Positions 18,610-20,000 of a DNA stretch of 20,000 nucleotides are shown piece after piece. Numbering within the stretch: the first letter of the stretch is position 1; each line of letters opens with the position of its first letter. The notes below the pieces were generated by a model. The model did not search any database, was not told where the DNA came from, and saw nothing but the letters and a program-made list of their open reading frames with translations. A program made the position numbers and the translations under genes. Source of the DNA: Malacoraja senta (Eukaryota). The stretch spans positions 53,745 through 73,744 of the forward strand of contig JAXLNO010000650.1 in the NCBI GenBank assembly GCA_038087875.1. Reading direction: 5' to 3'.

Positions 18610-20000
18610 CATAGAAACATAGAAACATAGAAAGTAGGTGCGAGAGTAGACCACCAGGCCCATCGAGCCCGCACCGCCATTCGCTCATGGCTGAACACTA
18701 AACAGACACCCTTACCCACAAACAGTAGACACAAGACACAGAACACAAGACACTACCCTCCCCTTTATATCGCTATCACCCCTCTCCACCCCAAGAACCG
18801 CGTGATCTCCTGGGGGAGGCAAAAAAACGGATAAAAACCCAGGTCCAATTCGGGAAAAAAATCCGGGAAATTCCTCTCCGACCCCAATCCAGGCGATCGA
18901 CACTTGTCCAGGAGATCACTCAGGTCTTACTATACTAACCATACCTAGGTCCATATCCCTGCCCTCTCCCCGTAGCCCCTTATCCCCTTGGCAGCTAAAA
19001 AACCATCTATTTTAGACTTAAATATATTTAATGTTTCTGCTTCCACTGCTCCCTGGGGCAGTGAATTCCATAAATTAACCACCCTCTGGGTGAAGAAGTT
19101 CTTCCTCATCTCAGTTTTAAAAGAGCCCCCTCTTATTCTACAACTATGTCCCCTAGTTCTAGTTTCCCCGATCATTGGGAACATCCTCGGTGCATCCACC
19201 CGATCAAGGCCCCTCACGATCTTATATGTTTCAATGAGATCGCCTCTCATTCTTCTAAACTCCAAAGAGTAGAGTTCCAGCCTACTTAACCTTTCCTCAT
19301 ATGTCAATCCCCTCATTGCAGGAATTAATCTTGTAAACCTTCGCTGCACTGCCTCCAGGGCCAGTACATCCTTTCTTAAGTATGGACCCCAGAACTGTAC
19401 ACAGTATTCCAAATGTGGTCTCACTAATACTGTGTACAGCTGCAGCAAGACCTCCGTGTTTTTATACTCAATCCCCCTAGCAATAAAGGCCAAAACTCCA
19501 TTGGCCTTCCTGATTGCTTGCTGCACCTGCATACTAACTTTTAGTGATTCATGTACTACTACCCCTAGATCCCTTTGCGTTGCATTACAACGCAGCTCCA
19601 CCTCATTTAGAAAATAACTTGCCCTATCATTTTTTTTCCCAAAGTGAATGACTTCACATTTATTAGTATTAAATTTCATCTGCCAAGTTGTTGCCCACTC
19701 ACCTAGCTTATCTATATCCTTTTGCAGACTCTTCCTATCCTCCTCATCCCCTACTTTTCCTCCCATTTTTGTATCGTCCGCAAATTTTGATATATTACAC
19801 TTGGTTCCCTCCTCCAAATCATTTATATAAATTGTGAACAACTGGGGTCCCAGCACCGACCCTTGCGGAACCCCGCTAGTTACCGGTTGCCATCCCGAGT
19901 ATGAACCATTTATCCCCACTCTCTGCTTCCTATTTGTTAGCCAATCCTCTACCCATGCTAATATATTACCCCCAATCCCATAATTTTTTATTTTTAGCAA
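18610..20000 (-). mobile_element. Young CR1-clade LINE: 3' part of ORF2 (reverse transcriptase), 3' UTR and (TTTCTATG)n tail; continues beyond window
   Basis: Uninterrupted 351-aa frame 18945-20000 with GVPQGSVLGP, KFADDTK, RDLGV and [12 protein letters not shown] motifs typical of CR1 ORF2. Tail is (CATAGAAA)x3 at 18610-18633 on the + strand. Confidence 0.95.

Overview
Eukaryotic, repeat-dense vertebrate DNA. The CR1/Rex1 LINEs, HE1-like SINEs and shark-type 5S fragment suggest a cartilaginous fish, probably a skate or ray (inference). One complete protein-coding gene is present: COX19 on the + strand, with three coding exons (7608-7689, 9079-9190, 10338-10431), 95 aa, a twin CX9C motif, a CpG-island promoter and a polyA signal at 10524. 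The rest is mostly transposon debris: many CR1 fragments (one young copy with an open RT frame runs off the window end), Rex1/Babar fragments, an RTE-X/I-like 3' end, tRNA-derived SINEs and foldback/hAT-like pieces. The most interesting observations are: (1) a 28-bp perfect palindrome flanked by an 8-bp direct repeat that looks like a P-element-type excision footprint (979-1022); (2) a dispersed short repeat family carrying minimal hammerhead-ribozyme cores, Penelope/retrozyme-like (best copy 2414-2441); (3) an isolated 5S rRNA-derived fragment (12767-12826, -); (4) nested LINE insertions at tail-like microhomologies. Repeat boundaries are approximate and family names come from recall, not a database search.
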